Source: Chlamydia trachomatis | GTDB lineage: Bacteria > Chlamydiota > Chlamydiia > Chlamydiales > Rhabdochlamydiaceae | Direction of reading: 5' to 3' | Assembly (NCBI GenBank): GCA_945875745.1 | Contig: CAMCLJ010000019.1 | Coordinates: 4,305 to 28,304 of the forward strand | Length of the DNA stretch: 24,000 nucleotides | Part shown: one piece after another, positions 9,264 to 16,922 of the stretch | Layout of the letters: every line of letters starts with the position of its first letter | Position numbering within the stretch: the first letter of the stretch is position 1 | Program-made: the position numbers and the translations under genes | Notes under the pieces: model-generated | Database searches by the model: none | The model's input: only the letters and a program-made list of their open reading frames with translations | Told to the model about the DNA's origin: nothing

Positions 9264-9574
9264 TTGATCCAACCTTTTGTTATTCTCTTATCTACATTAG
9301 AACGAATTCTAACCAACTGGCCAACAATAATCAATAAACATCCACGTATGCTTCAAGAAAAAGAAGGGGGTAAATTTTTTTAATAAGTAGGGTGCGAATA
9401 AAGCAGAGAAAACCGCCCTATTGAACTAGCTTTATAGGGCCAGCAAACAAATCCTCTCACGCAAACCTTGGATCAAAAAAGAGAAGTAGGCCTGTCTTTA
9501 TAAGTAAAGCGATCGAGCAGCTCAACTGGTGGTTTCTACGCTTCTAAAGAGATTAACCCTTTTATGAAGAAGGA

Positions 9575-9748
9575 TTAATGTCGATTTGGGCAGCTACCGC
9601 CCATTGGATACCAAGCATTGCATTTGGCACATTGCTTCATATTAGGATAATTGGAACTGTCAGATTTTATATGGCCAGCAATTAAGGTTGAAATCGACCC
9701 AATTGCTAAAAAAATAAAGACTACGACTGTGTAGATTCCAGGTTTCAT
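9575..9748 (-). CDS. Small membrane protein candidate (57 aa), below the ORF-track cutoff
   Basis: My hand translation of the minus strand gives MKPGIYTVVVFIFLAIGSISTLIAGHIKSDSSNYPNMKQCAKCNAWYPMGGSCPNRH, followed by TAA at 9575-9577. A strong GAGGAG Shine-Dalgarno lies about 6 nt upstream of the ATG. There is one N-terminal TM segment and then a CxxC...C tail. It is the only coherent ORF in a 718-bp gap. Confidence 0.4.
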   Translation of the reverse strand: MKPGIYTVVVFIFLAIGSISTLIAGHIKSDSSNYPNMKQCAKCNAWYPMGGSCPNRH

Positions 9749-9923
9749 ATATTCTCCTCATTTGAAAATCGTTTATTCAAAAGAGAACAGTCTATTCGAT
9801 ATAATTAAAGAGCTTTTCATCTCGATGCAGGATCGGCAATCGAATACGCTGTTTGCAGTCGAATGTAAAAAGGTGTTGGTTCGTGGGCTTGTCAGTTCAG
9901 TATACTTAAATTAATTCTTATCC

Positions 9924-9951
9924 TTGGTCAGCTTATGCCCAATAGTATAAT
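9924..9951 (+). promoter_or_regulatory. Sigma-70/66-type promoter candidate for the permease gene
   Basis: TTGGTC (9924-9929), a 16-nt spacer, then a perfect TATAAT (9946-9951). It sits about 40 nt upstream of the ATG at 9991, and AGGA lies near -12 of the start. Confidence 0.35.
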
Positions 9952-9990
9952 TTAGTTTTTTTTTTAACTAATCCAAAATAGGAATAAATT

Positions 9991-11163
9991 ATGTCTATCG
10001 CGATAAGAAAAGAAAATTCATTTGGCGTGGTCTTGCTCGTTGCAGGGTGTTGTATTGGCGCCGGCATGATTGGTCTGCCGGTCGTAAGTGCCGTATCGGG
10101 TTATTTACCTTCTTCAATTGCAATGTTTATATCGTATGTATTTACAACGGGAACCGGGCTGCTATTACTAGAGGCATCCGTTTGGTTTGACCATAAAGTG
10201 AACCTACTATCGATATCCCAGTTTGCCTTAGGTAAATGGGGTAAAATTGCAACAGGCGGGCTTTTTCTTTCGTTATTTTATGCCATTTTTATTGCTTATT
10301 TAGATGTGGGAGGTCATTTATTTAGCCAAATTTTAAGCTCTATATTGAGAGTTCCCGTTTCTAAAAATATAGGGATATTTACAAGCGCTATTTTAGTAAG
10401 CCTGATTATTTATAAAGGATTGCGCAGCGTTGATTGGATCAACCGAATCCTGATGATTGGTTTGCTGCTCTCTTATGTATTGTTAATGCTTGTAGGCCTA
10501 CCACATGTAAAGCCGGAAAATTTAGGACATGTCAATTGGAGAGCGTCATTAGGAACATTACCTATCTTGTTTATTTGTTTTGGCTATCAAAATTTAGTGC
10601 CGTCTTTAGCTTTTTATTTGCAAAAAAATGTAAATAAACTTCGCATGGCCATCATTGCAGGAAATATCATCCCCCTTCTTTTTTATCTTCTATGGAATTT
10701 TGTAGTTTTGGGAATGCTTTCAGAGCCTGAAACTGCTTGTAAAAATAGTATTATTGTGACAGAAGTCCTAAAATCAGCCAATAAGTCTGGGTCTATACTT
10801 TACTGGGTCAATGCATTTTCATTTTTTGCGTTATTTACCTCCTTTATAACAATTGCTGTTTCTTTTGTTGATTTTCTAAGGGATGGATTCCAAAAAAAAC
10901 CACATGATTTAGTTCTTCATGCTCTGGTATTATTGCCACCTCTGGCCATTTGTCTTTCCTACCCACGGTTATTTTTGCAAGCTCTTGATTTTGCAGGTGG
11001 ATTCCTTGATGTGATCTTATTTGGCATTCTTCCTGTCTGTATCGTTTGGTCCGGCCGCTATATCAAAGGAGCTCAAGGTCCTTATCAAGTAGCCGGAGGA
11101 AAAGGTTTTTTGATTGTAATGCTGTTTTTATGTTTTACATTTCTTTTATTAAGAGTTGTATGA
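9991..11163 (+). CDS. tyrP: Aromatic amino-acid permease, HAAAP family (TyrP/Mtr/TnaB-like)
   Basis: 390 aa, highly hydrophobic, with roughly 11 spans. The N-terminal signature GVVLLVAGCCIGAGMIGLPV is typical of tyrosine/tryptophan-specific transport proteins. Substrate specificity cannot be told from sequence alone. Confidence 0.8.
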   Translation: MSIAIRKENSFGVVLLVAGCCIGAGMIGLPVVSAVSGYLPSSIAMFISYVFTTGTGLLLLEASVWFDHKVNLLSISQFALGKWGKIATGGLFLSLFYAIFIAYLDVGGHLFSQILSSILRVPVSKNIGIFTSAILVSLIIYKGLRSVDWINRILMIGLLLSYVLLMLVGLPHVKPENLGHVNWRASLGTLPILFICFGYQNLVPSLAFYLQKNVNKLRMAIIAGNIIPLLFYLLWNFVVLGMLSEPETACKNSIIVTEVLKSANKSGSILYWVNAFSFFALFTSFITIAVSFVDFLRDGFQKKPHDLVLHALVLLPPLAICLSYPRLFLQALDFAGGFLDVILFGILPVCIVWSGRYIKGAQGPYQVAGGKGFLIVMLFLCFTFLLLRVV

Positions 11164-11350
11164 AAATTAACTCCATGTTCCATTTGGTGGCTCTGTCATG
11201 AAGGATAGGGGCTTTTGTAAAATAACATCTAAGGATGTTATATGCCAAAAGTGGTAAGCCAGAAGGCTAAAAGGGCTAGGCTCTCCACTACATGTACGCC
11301 AATAGAAGATGAGTCAAAGGGAAACTTACCGTCTTTTGGGGTAGCATCGA

Positions 11351-12177
11351 TAGATAATAAATCAGCTATTGACTTTAGACATCAATCTCTCACCCTTAAG
11401 AAATTCTTGTGGTTGGAGATAAACGTATTTTTAGTAGCATATTAAATTTATTTGAATATACGATTACATTATTCAGTTTTTCATTAGAGTGCTTTGAACA
11501 TGTCTATCCGATCTTATCTTTCGTTCGTCCTTTGCCTTTTTATAAATGGAGTCTATGCTCATGCTGCTAAGCATATTCCAATCTCCAATGAATCAGCCTT
11601 TGGCTATATTTATGAAAATGGTGTGTGGGGTTGCGATGAAAACGGACATGGTAACTCAGGAACCGGATCAGATCCTAAAAATGCTACTGTCTATATCTCA
11701 TTTTTGCAGCAGTTTCTAGCAGACCATCAGATCGCAAGTGTTGTTGATTTGGGATGTGGAGACTTCAGGCTTGGCCGTTGCATTTGTTGGGATGGCATTG
11801 ATTATATAGGTATTGACGTAGTCGATTCATTATTAAATACAAACATAGAGAACTTTTCAGCATCTAATATTTCTTTTGCATTAGCTGATGGGGTCAATTA
11901 TCCCTTACCAGCAGCTGATTTACTTATCTGCAAAGATGTTCTGCAACACCTGCCTTTTGGAGATATTCATAAAATTATTAATCAATTTAAAAAATTTAAA
12001 TATTGTTTAATTATTAATGATGTCGATCCTATTACCCTAACTTGCAAAAACAAAGATATCGCTAGGGGAGGTTATCGCCAGTTAGACTTAACAAAGAGGC
12101 CCTTCCGATTGTCTGGCCACATAATTTTTCACTATATAAGCGATTCTGATAAAAAGCAAGTTCTCCTAATAAACAAC
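11351..12177 (+). repeat. Tandem duplication unit A (leader plus methyltransferase gene)
   Basis: It aligns colinearly with 12418-13240, at an offset of 1067 nt in the leader and 1063 nt in the CDS. The first 50 nt match at 49 of 50 positions. By eye the CDS is about 80% identical at the nucleotide level. Confidence 0.9.
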
Positions 12178-12186
12178 AGAGCTTGA
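11500..12186 (+). CDS. Class I SAM-dependent methyltransferase with N-terminal Sec-type signal peptide
   Basis: The Rossmann motif I is VVDLGCGDFR. It is preceded by an SGTGSD segment, giving the SGxGS...DxGCGDF pattern I recall from a family of small sugar/capsule-locus methyltransferases. An acidic post-beta2 residue is present (YIGIDVV), as is a DVLQHLP motif IV-like segment. Starting from ATG 11500 (the track starts at TTG 11494), the N-terminus MSIRSYLSFVLCLFINGVYAHA-AK has an AxA cleavage-like site. Confidence 0.8.
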   Translation: MSIRSYLSFVLCLFINGVYAHAAKHIPISNESAFGYIYENGVWGCDENGHGNSGTGSDPKNATVYISFLQQFLADHQIASVVDLGCGDFRLGRCICWDGIDYIGIDVVDSLLNTNIENFSASNISFALADGVNYPLPAADLLICKDVLQHLPFGDIHKIINQFKKFKYCLIINDVDPITLTCKNKDIARGGYRQLDLTKRPFRLSGHIIFHYISDSDKKQVLLINNRA

Positions 12187-12417
12187 TGATAGCCTTTAGC
12201 CAAAGAAAACCTGCCATTTTTTTGTTGTAACTTTGATCCACTCATCTATTAAACTTTTCCATGAAAGACCTAAGCCTTGCACAAGACCTCAAGCTTACTC
12301 AGGTCAAGGAGACCATGCCACTTTTCCCCGGTGGAGGATCCAAAAAAAGTCAGATTTACTGCTACTGACTCTTTGATTCTAAAAACGATAATTGCATCGA
12401 TTGGCTGAGATTATTCT

Positions 12418-13240
12418 TAGATAATAAATCAGCTATTGACTTTAGACATCAATCCCTCACCCTTAAGATTTTTCTTTACTGAGAGATAACCGTATTTTTA
12501 TTAGCACATTAAATTTATTTTAATATAGTCTTATATCGTTTGTTTTTATTAAGGTGGTTTATATATCTATCCGATTTTATATTTCGTTACTTCTCTGTCT
12601 AGCCCTAAATGCAATCTATGCTAATTTTGATAAGAATATTCCGATCTGTAATGAATTAGCCTTTGGCTATATTTATTAAAATGGTGTGTTGGGTTGCGAT
12701 GAAAATGGACAAGGCACCTCAGGTGGCGGATCGGATCCTAAAAATACTGCTTCCTATCTAGCATTTCTGCAGGAGTTTCTAGCAGACCATCAGATTGCAA
12801 ATGTTGTTGATTTGGGATGTGGAGACTTTAGGGTAGGCAATTCCATTTGTTGGGATGGGATTAATTATGGAGATATCGAAGTTGTAGAATCGGTAGTAAA
12901 TAAAAACTTAGAGAACTTTCGAGCATCTAATATTTCTTTTCAATTAGCTGATGGGGTCAATTATCCCTTACCTGGAGCTGATTTACTTATCTGTACAGAT
13001 GTTCTCCAGCACCTGCCATTCGCATATATTTATCAGATTGTTAGGCAATTTCGACAGTTTAAATATTGGTTTATTATTAACGATGTCAACCCTATTACCC
13101 TGACTTGTAAAAACAAAGATATCAATAAGGGCGGTTATCGACAATTAGACTTAACAAGGAAGCCTTTTCGCCTATCTGGGGAAAAAATTTTCCAATATGT
13201 AAGCGAATCTCATACCAAGCACGTTCTCCTCGTAGAAAAT
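12418..13240 (+). repeat. Tandem duplication unit B (leader plus degraded methyltransferase gene)
   Basis: This is the paralogue of 11351-12177; see unit A. Confidence 0.9.
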
Positions 13241-13306
13241 AAAGATTTTTCGTATTTCAACTCTTGGTTTTATTTTTTAAGTATTGTTCACTGCGAGCTC
13301 ATATAA
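12563..13306 (+). pseudogene. Paralogous SAM methyltransferase with start-codon loss and in-frame nonsense codon
   Basis: It is colinear and in frame with copy 1, with no indels across the first 39 codons. Copy-1 ATG corresponds to ATA at 12563-12565. Copy-1 GAA (Glu39) corresponds to TAA at 12677-12679. The remaining ORF (track 12686..13306, GTG start) keeps VVDLGCGDFR and is about 72% identical to copy 1 by my hand count (about 52 differences in about 187 positions). It would lack the signal peptide and has a divergent 20-aa C-terminal extension. Confidence 0.65.
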
Positions 13307-13680
13307 AGATCCGTGAGATCCTCTCTGAATAAGCCAATCGAAGGTATGGCAGATAAACCTGCGCAGGCAGATTCAGAAGGAAAAAGATAACGCAGTTCAA
13401 GTATTTACTCTGATACATATCTAAGTTTTTTATACATAAGAAGGCTTGAAAGTTTATTTGACCCAAAGGCGATTTAACTATGTAGCGATTTTAATAGAAC
13501 TTGCTCACCTATTGAAATTAAATGTGTCCACATGAATATTTACGATCGCTTTACTAGTTATCAAAAAATCTTCTGATCTACTTTTAAACGAAGACTCGAT
13601 AAAAAAGTTTAACGATTGCAATTTAAATAAAACCTGTTCAAAATTCCTTTTTTTATACAGACAAACACCCAGGAAAATCT

Positions 13681-14244
13681 ATGGCGCAATATAGCACAGG
13701 AGACCTAAAACCCGGTTTTAAAATAGAAATTGAGGGTGAGCCTTATAACGTGGTTTCAAATGAATTTGTAAAACCAGGAAAAGGACAGCCGTTTAATAGA
13801 GTGCGGGTCAAGCACCTAAAAACAGGACGCGTCGTTGAAAAGACATTTAAATCAGGGGAAAAAGTCGATATCGCTGATATCGAAGAAACAAAAATGAGAA
13901 TGCTATACAAAGAAAATGATAGCGCAGTTTTTATGGATGATAACACCTTCGAACAAATCTCTGTACCCCTTACTCTTATCGGCGACAAAGAATGCTGGCT
14001 TCTGGAAGAGATCCTCTACGCAATCACTTTTTATAAAGGGCAGCCGATCGATCTAGAAGCACCTACATTTATTGAACTGACCGTTACAGAGACAGCACCT
14101 GGCATTAGAGGTGATACCTCAGGCAGAGTCCTTAAACCTGCTATTACTAACTCAGGAGCCAAAATACAGGTCCCGATTTTTATTGAAGAAGGACAGAAAA
14201 TTAAAGTGGACACTCGTACAGGAGAGTATGTCTCTCGAATCTAA
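13681..14244 (+). CDS. efp: Elongation factor P
   Basis: 187 aa. The loop VKPGKGQPFNRVRVKHLKTG matches E. coli [20 protein letters not shown], including the modified Lys of KPGKG. The C-terminus ...KVDTRTGEYVSRI is typical. Confidence 0.95.
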   Translation: MAQYSTGDLKPGFKIEIEGEPYNVVSNEFVKPGKGQPFNRVRVKHLKTGRVVEKTFKSGEKVDIADIEETKMRMLYKENDSAVFMDDNTFEQISVPLTLIGDKECWLLEEILYAITFYKGQPIDLEAPTFIELTVTETAPGIRGDTSGRVLKPAITNSGAKIQVPIFIEEGQKIKVDTRTGEYVSRI

Positions 14245-15178
14245 AATCTCTCTTTTAAAAGACCGCGCTACGATGCTACATCAAGCGCGTCTTTTTTTTT
14301 CTACCTTAGATCTTTGTGAAGTAGATACCCCTATTTTAAGCTCCTCTGCCCCAATCGATCTGCATATCGATGTGATGACCACCCAAATGCACGATGGAAA
14401 AATAGGATACTTTCACACATCGCCAGAATACGCGATGAAACGGCTTATTGCAGCAGGAATCGGCAGCATCTATCAAATTAGCCATGTGTATCGTTTTGGA
14501 GAAGAAGGCAGGCTCCATAACCCAGAATTTACTATGGTAGAGTGGTATAAAATGTCGTGCTCTTTTGAAGAAATCATCAAAGACACCCTTTCATTTATTA
14601 AGCTATTCTTAAAGGAAATGCCAGTACAAGAAATGAGTTATAAAGACCTGATCTATAAGTTCACAGGTTTAAACTACATCACAAGCTCTACAGCCGACCT
14701 ATGTTATTATATCAAACAACAAGCGGGAGAGCACCCTAGCGATTTGCACTCGTGGGATAAAGATACCCTACTACAATATATTGTAAGCTTTTTTATTGAA
14801 CCGTCACTGGGTGATGGGAACCTTTTTGTTCTATCTTATTTTCCAGCAAGTCAAGCAGCACTATCTCAGCTAACACAACATCAAGATGATCTGGTAGCCG
14901 AGCGTTTTGAAATCTATTTTCAAGGTATAGAGCTGGCTAATGGATATCACGAGCTCACAGACCCAATAGAACAAAAAAGAAGACTTGAGTCTGCCAATAT
15001 TAAACGAGCAGCCATCGGTAAAGAGATTCTACCAATAGATCACCATTTTCTAGAGAGCCTTAAAAAAGGACTGCCTGATTGCTCAGGGGTAGCTGTTGGC
15101 TTCGATCGTTTAATGATGCTACGCCATAAGAAAAACACCCTTGCCGAGGCGATCCCTTTAGCGTGGTCTGAACTCTAG
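14228..15178 (+). CDS. epmA: EF-P lysine (beta-)lysyltransferase, LysRS-paralogue (EpmA/GenX/PoxA)
   Basis: It consists of a class II aaRS catalytic core only, about 316 aa. YRFGEEGRLHNPEFTMVEWY matches EpmA/LysRS motif 2. GVAVGFDRLMML is motif 3. I trim the start to ATG 14228 (MSLESKISLLKDRA...), because the 39 upstream codons of the track ORF lie inside efp. Confidence 0.85.
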   Translation: MSLESKISLLKDRATMLHQARLFFSTLDLCEVDTPILSSSAPIDLHIDVMTTQMHDGKIGYFHTSPEYAMKRLIAAGIGSIYQISHVYRFGEEGRLHNPEFTMVEWYKMSCSFEEIIKDTLSFIKLFLKEMPVQEMSYKDLIYKFTGLNYITSSTADLCYYIKQQAGEHPSDLHSWDKDTLLQYIVSFFIEPSLGDGNLFVLSYFPASQAALSQLTQHQDDLVAERFEIYFQGIELANGYHELTDPIEQKRRLESANIKRAAIGKEILPIDHHFLESLKKGLPDCSGVAVGFDRLMMLRHKKNTLAEAIPLAWSEL

Positions 15179-16809
15179 ACCCATTTCTGAACAATCGGAT
15201 ATCTTCTGCCTACTGGAAAAGCTTTTTTACTGACACGAATGCCAGGGGGAGCTTGGCGCCTCTTATATTCTGCTTTATGAATCCGTTTTACTAAATCCAA
15301 GACAAGCTCAAGTGAAAGCTGATATTGCGTGGCTGTTTCCTCAGGCGATAAATAATCTTCGATATACCCCTGCAGCACTTTGTCTACGATATCATAATCA
15401 GGTAGTGAATCTGTATCTTTTTGATTTGGTTTAAGTTCGGCAGAAGGTGGTTTATCAATTGTTGACACAGGGATAATTTCCCTATTACGATTAATCCAGC
15501 GAGAGAGGGTATAGACCTGTGTTTTTATAACATCTGAAATGACACTTAATCCCCCGCACATATCCCCGTATAGGGTGCAATATCCCATTGCAAGCTCACT
15601 TTTATTACCTGTACTTAAGACCACGTAACCGAATTTATTAGAAAACGCCATAAGAATCATACCCCTTATACGGGCCTGCAGATTTTCTTCTGTTACATCT
15701 GCTACTCGATTTTCAAAATAGGGCCCGAGCAAATCTAAAAAAGATTGAAAAGGCGTTTCAATACTAACTTCTTCAAGGGTAATACCAAGATTTAATGCCA
15801 AAGATCTAGCGTCTTGCAAACTCTCAATAGAACTAAAACGAGATGGCATAGCAATAGCCACTACATTCTCCTTACCTAAAGCCTCTACTGCAATACACGC
15901 TACAAGAGCGGAATCGATCCCTCCAGATAAACCCAAACAAGCCTTTTTAAAGCCCGATTTATAAAAGTAATCTTTTACTCCAAGGACAAGGGCTGAGTAT
16001 AAATCATGAAGAGGATCATATCGCAATGATCCAGCATTAGCCTTTTGAGATAAATCTATAATAAGCTGATCTTCTTCAAACCCTTTAGCTATCTGACCTA
16101 ACTGTCCATCTTTATCCACATACATACTATATCCATCAAATACAAGCTGATCGTTGCCCCCTACCTGACAGCATAAAAGAATGGGGCACCCCAGCGTCTT
16201 GGCAGCCTGCACGCACACATGAGCCCTTGTATCTGGCTTTTGATAATGATAAGGGGAAGCTGAGAGGTTTAAGAGGACATCTGGATGGTGAGCTTTAAGA
16301 GCGCGGATCGGGTCATGGGCATAATGAGTTAAGTCTACACATCCTGCATGTCCCCAAATATCTTCGCAAATGGTAATGCCGTATTTAACCCCTTTATACT
16401 CCCAAATCTGAGTCTCTGTTCCCGGCTCAAAATACCTCCTTTCATCGAACACATCATAGGTAGGTAGCAACCATTTATCTTGAAACCCGATAAGCCTTCC
16501 ATTTTCAATCACAGCGGCGCTATTGAGCAGAGGTTTCTCTCCAGGCTGGGGATTCTTACGAATAACTCCTACAACAACAAATAAACCACTCGATGCCTGT
16601 ATAATCTGATCGAGGGCTCCTTTAATGGCTGCCACAAATCCCTTGCGAAGCAACAGATCCTCTGGCGGATAGCCACAAATAGCAAGCTCGGGGAAAAGGA
16701 CTACGTCTATGCCCTGATCTCTGGCACTGCTTAAACATTCAATAATTTTTTTGGTATTGCCAGCGATATCCCCGATAGTTGGATTAAGCTGGCTCATAAG
16801 AACTTTCAT
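15175..16809 (-). CDS. nadE: Glutamine-dependent NAD+ synthetase
   Basis: 544 aa. The N-terminal CN-hydrolase (glutaminase) domain shows MKVLMSQLNPTIGDI..., FPELAICGYPPEDL and ITICEDIW. It is fused to an NAD synthetase domain with the PP-loop LSGGIDSALVA. Confidence 0.92.
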   Translation of the reverse strand: MKVLMSQLNPTIGDIAGNTKKIIECLSSARDQGIDVVLFPELAICGYPPEDLLLRKGFVAAIKGALDQIIQASSGLFVVVGVIRKNPQPGEKPLLNSAAVIENGRLIGFQDKWLLPTYDVFDERRYFEPGTETQIWEYKGVKYGITICEDIWGHAGCVDLTHYAHDPIRALKAHHPDVLLNLSASPYHYQKPDTRAHVCVQAAKTLGCPILLCCQVGGNDQLVFDGYSMYVDKDGQLGQIAKGFEEDQLIIDLSQKANAGSLRYDPLHDLYSALVLGVKDYFYKSGFKKACLGLSGGIDSALVACIAVEALGKENVVAIAMPSRFSSIESLQDARSLALNLGITLEEVSIETPFQSFLDLLGPYFENRVADVTEENLQARIRGMILMAFSNKFGYVVLSTGNKSELAMGYCTLYGDMCGGLSVISDVIKTQVYTLSRWINRNREIIPVSTIDKPPSAELKPNQKDTDSLPDYDIVDKVLQGYIEDYLSPEETATQYQLSLELVLDLVKRIHKAEYKRRQAPPGIRVSKKAFPVGRRYPIVQKWV

Positions 16810-16893
16810 AGGATCCCTTTTATACCCTTATATTTAAGGTATGTAGTCTAAAAGATTTTTAAACAAGCGGTAATATTATTCTAAATGCAGGGA

Positions 16894-16922
16894 TTGCAGT
16901 TTTTAGAAAAAGGGGCTATACT
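16894..16922 (+). promoter_or_regulatory. Sigma-70/66-type promoter candidate for htpG
   Basis: TTGCAG (16894-16899), a 17-nt spacer, then TATACT (16917-16922). An AAGGAG Shine-Dalgarno at 16947-16952 lies 6 nt before the ATG at 16959. Confidence 0.35.

Noticed and set aside
9390-9420. GGGTGCGAATAAAGCAGAGAAAACCGCCC resembles the ACAGAGAGCAAACCGCC region of bacterial RNase P RNA.
   Set aside because: - The obligatory GAGGAAAGUCC and ACAGAAnnCGGCUUA conserved regions are absent on either strand of the gap.
- The available space is interrupted by the small ORF.
- The resemblance is probably chance.
9864-9881. TyrR-box-like half site TGTAAA-N6-TTGGTT upstream of the aromatic amino-acid permease, and nearby GCAnTCGAAT direct repeats.
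   Set aside because: - The second half matches TTTACA at only 2 of 6 positions.
- No TyrR is known to me in Chlamydiae.
- The repeats are short enough to be chance.
11242-11445. 67-aa ORF (MPKVVSQKAKRARL...) upstream of methyltransferase copy 1, with an AAGGA about 6 nt before its ATG.
   Set aside because: - Its 3' half overlaps the conserved leader.
- The paralogous leader does not keep the frame. There is an in-frame TGA at 12366-12368 upstream, and the frame ends early at TAC TGA after ...LTLKIFLY.
- The conservation is therefore at the nucleotide level, not the protein level.
- I cannot fully exclude a small basic protein.
12261-12368. 35-codon ORF (MKDLSLAQDLKLTQVKETMPLFPGGGSKKSQIYCY), plus an imperfect hairpin (CCTTG..GACCT...AGGTCAAGG), in the spacer between the two methyltransferase copies.
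   Set aside because: - It has no Shine-Dalgarno.
- It has no counterpart upstream of copy 1.
- The hairpin lacks a U-tract.
- The evidence is insufficient for either a gene or a terminator.
14111-14227. The track ORF extends epmA 39 codons upstream, into efp.
   Set aside because: - The extension lies entirely within the efp coding sequence in another frame.
- It has no similarity to aaRS N-termini.
- ATG 14228 gives a protein of EpmA-like length.
14245-14265. The sequence CTCTCTTTTAAAAG inside epmA resembles the complement of the hctA start region (CTGTCTCTTTAAAAGCC). I considered it as a possible IhtA-like antisense regulator.
   Set aside because: - It lies within a coding sequence.
- The match is short, AT-rich and imperfect.
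- There is no independent promoter or terminator.
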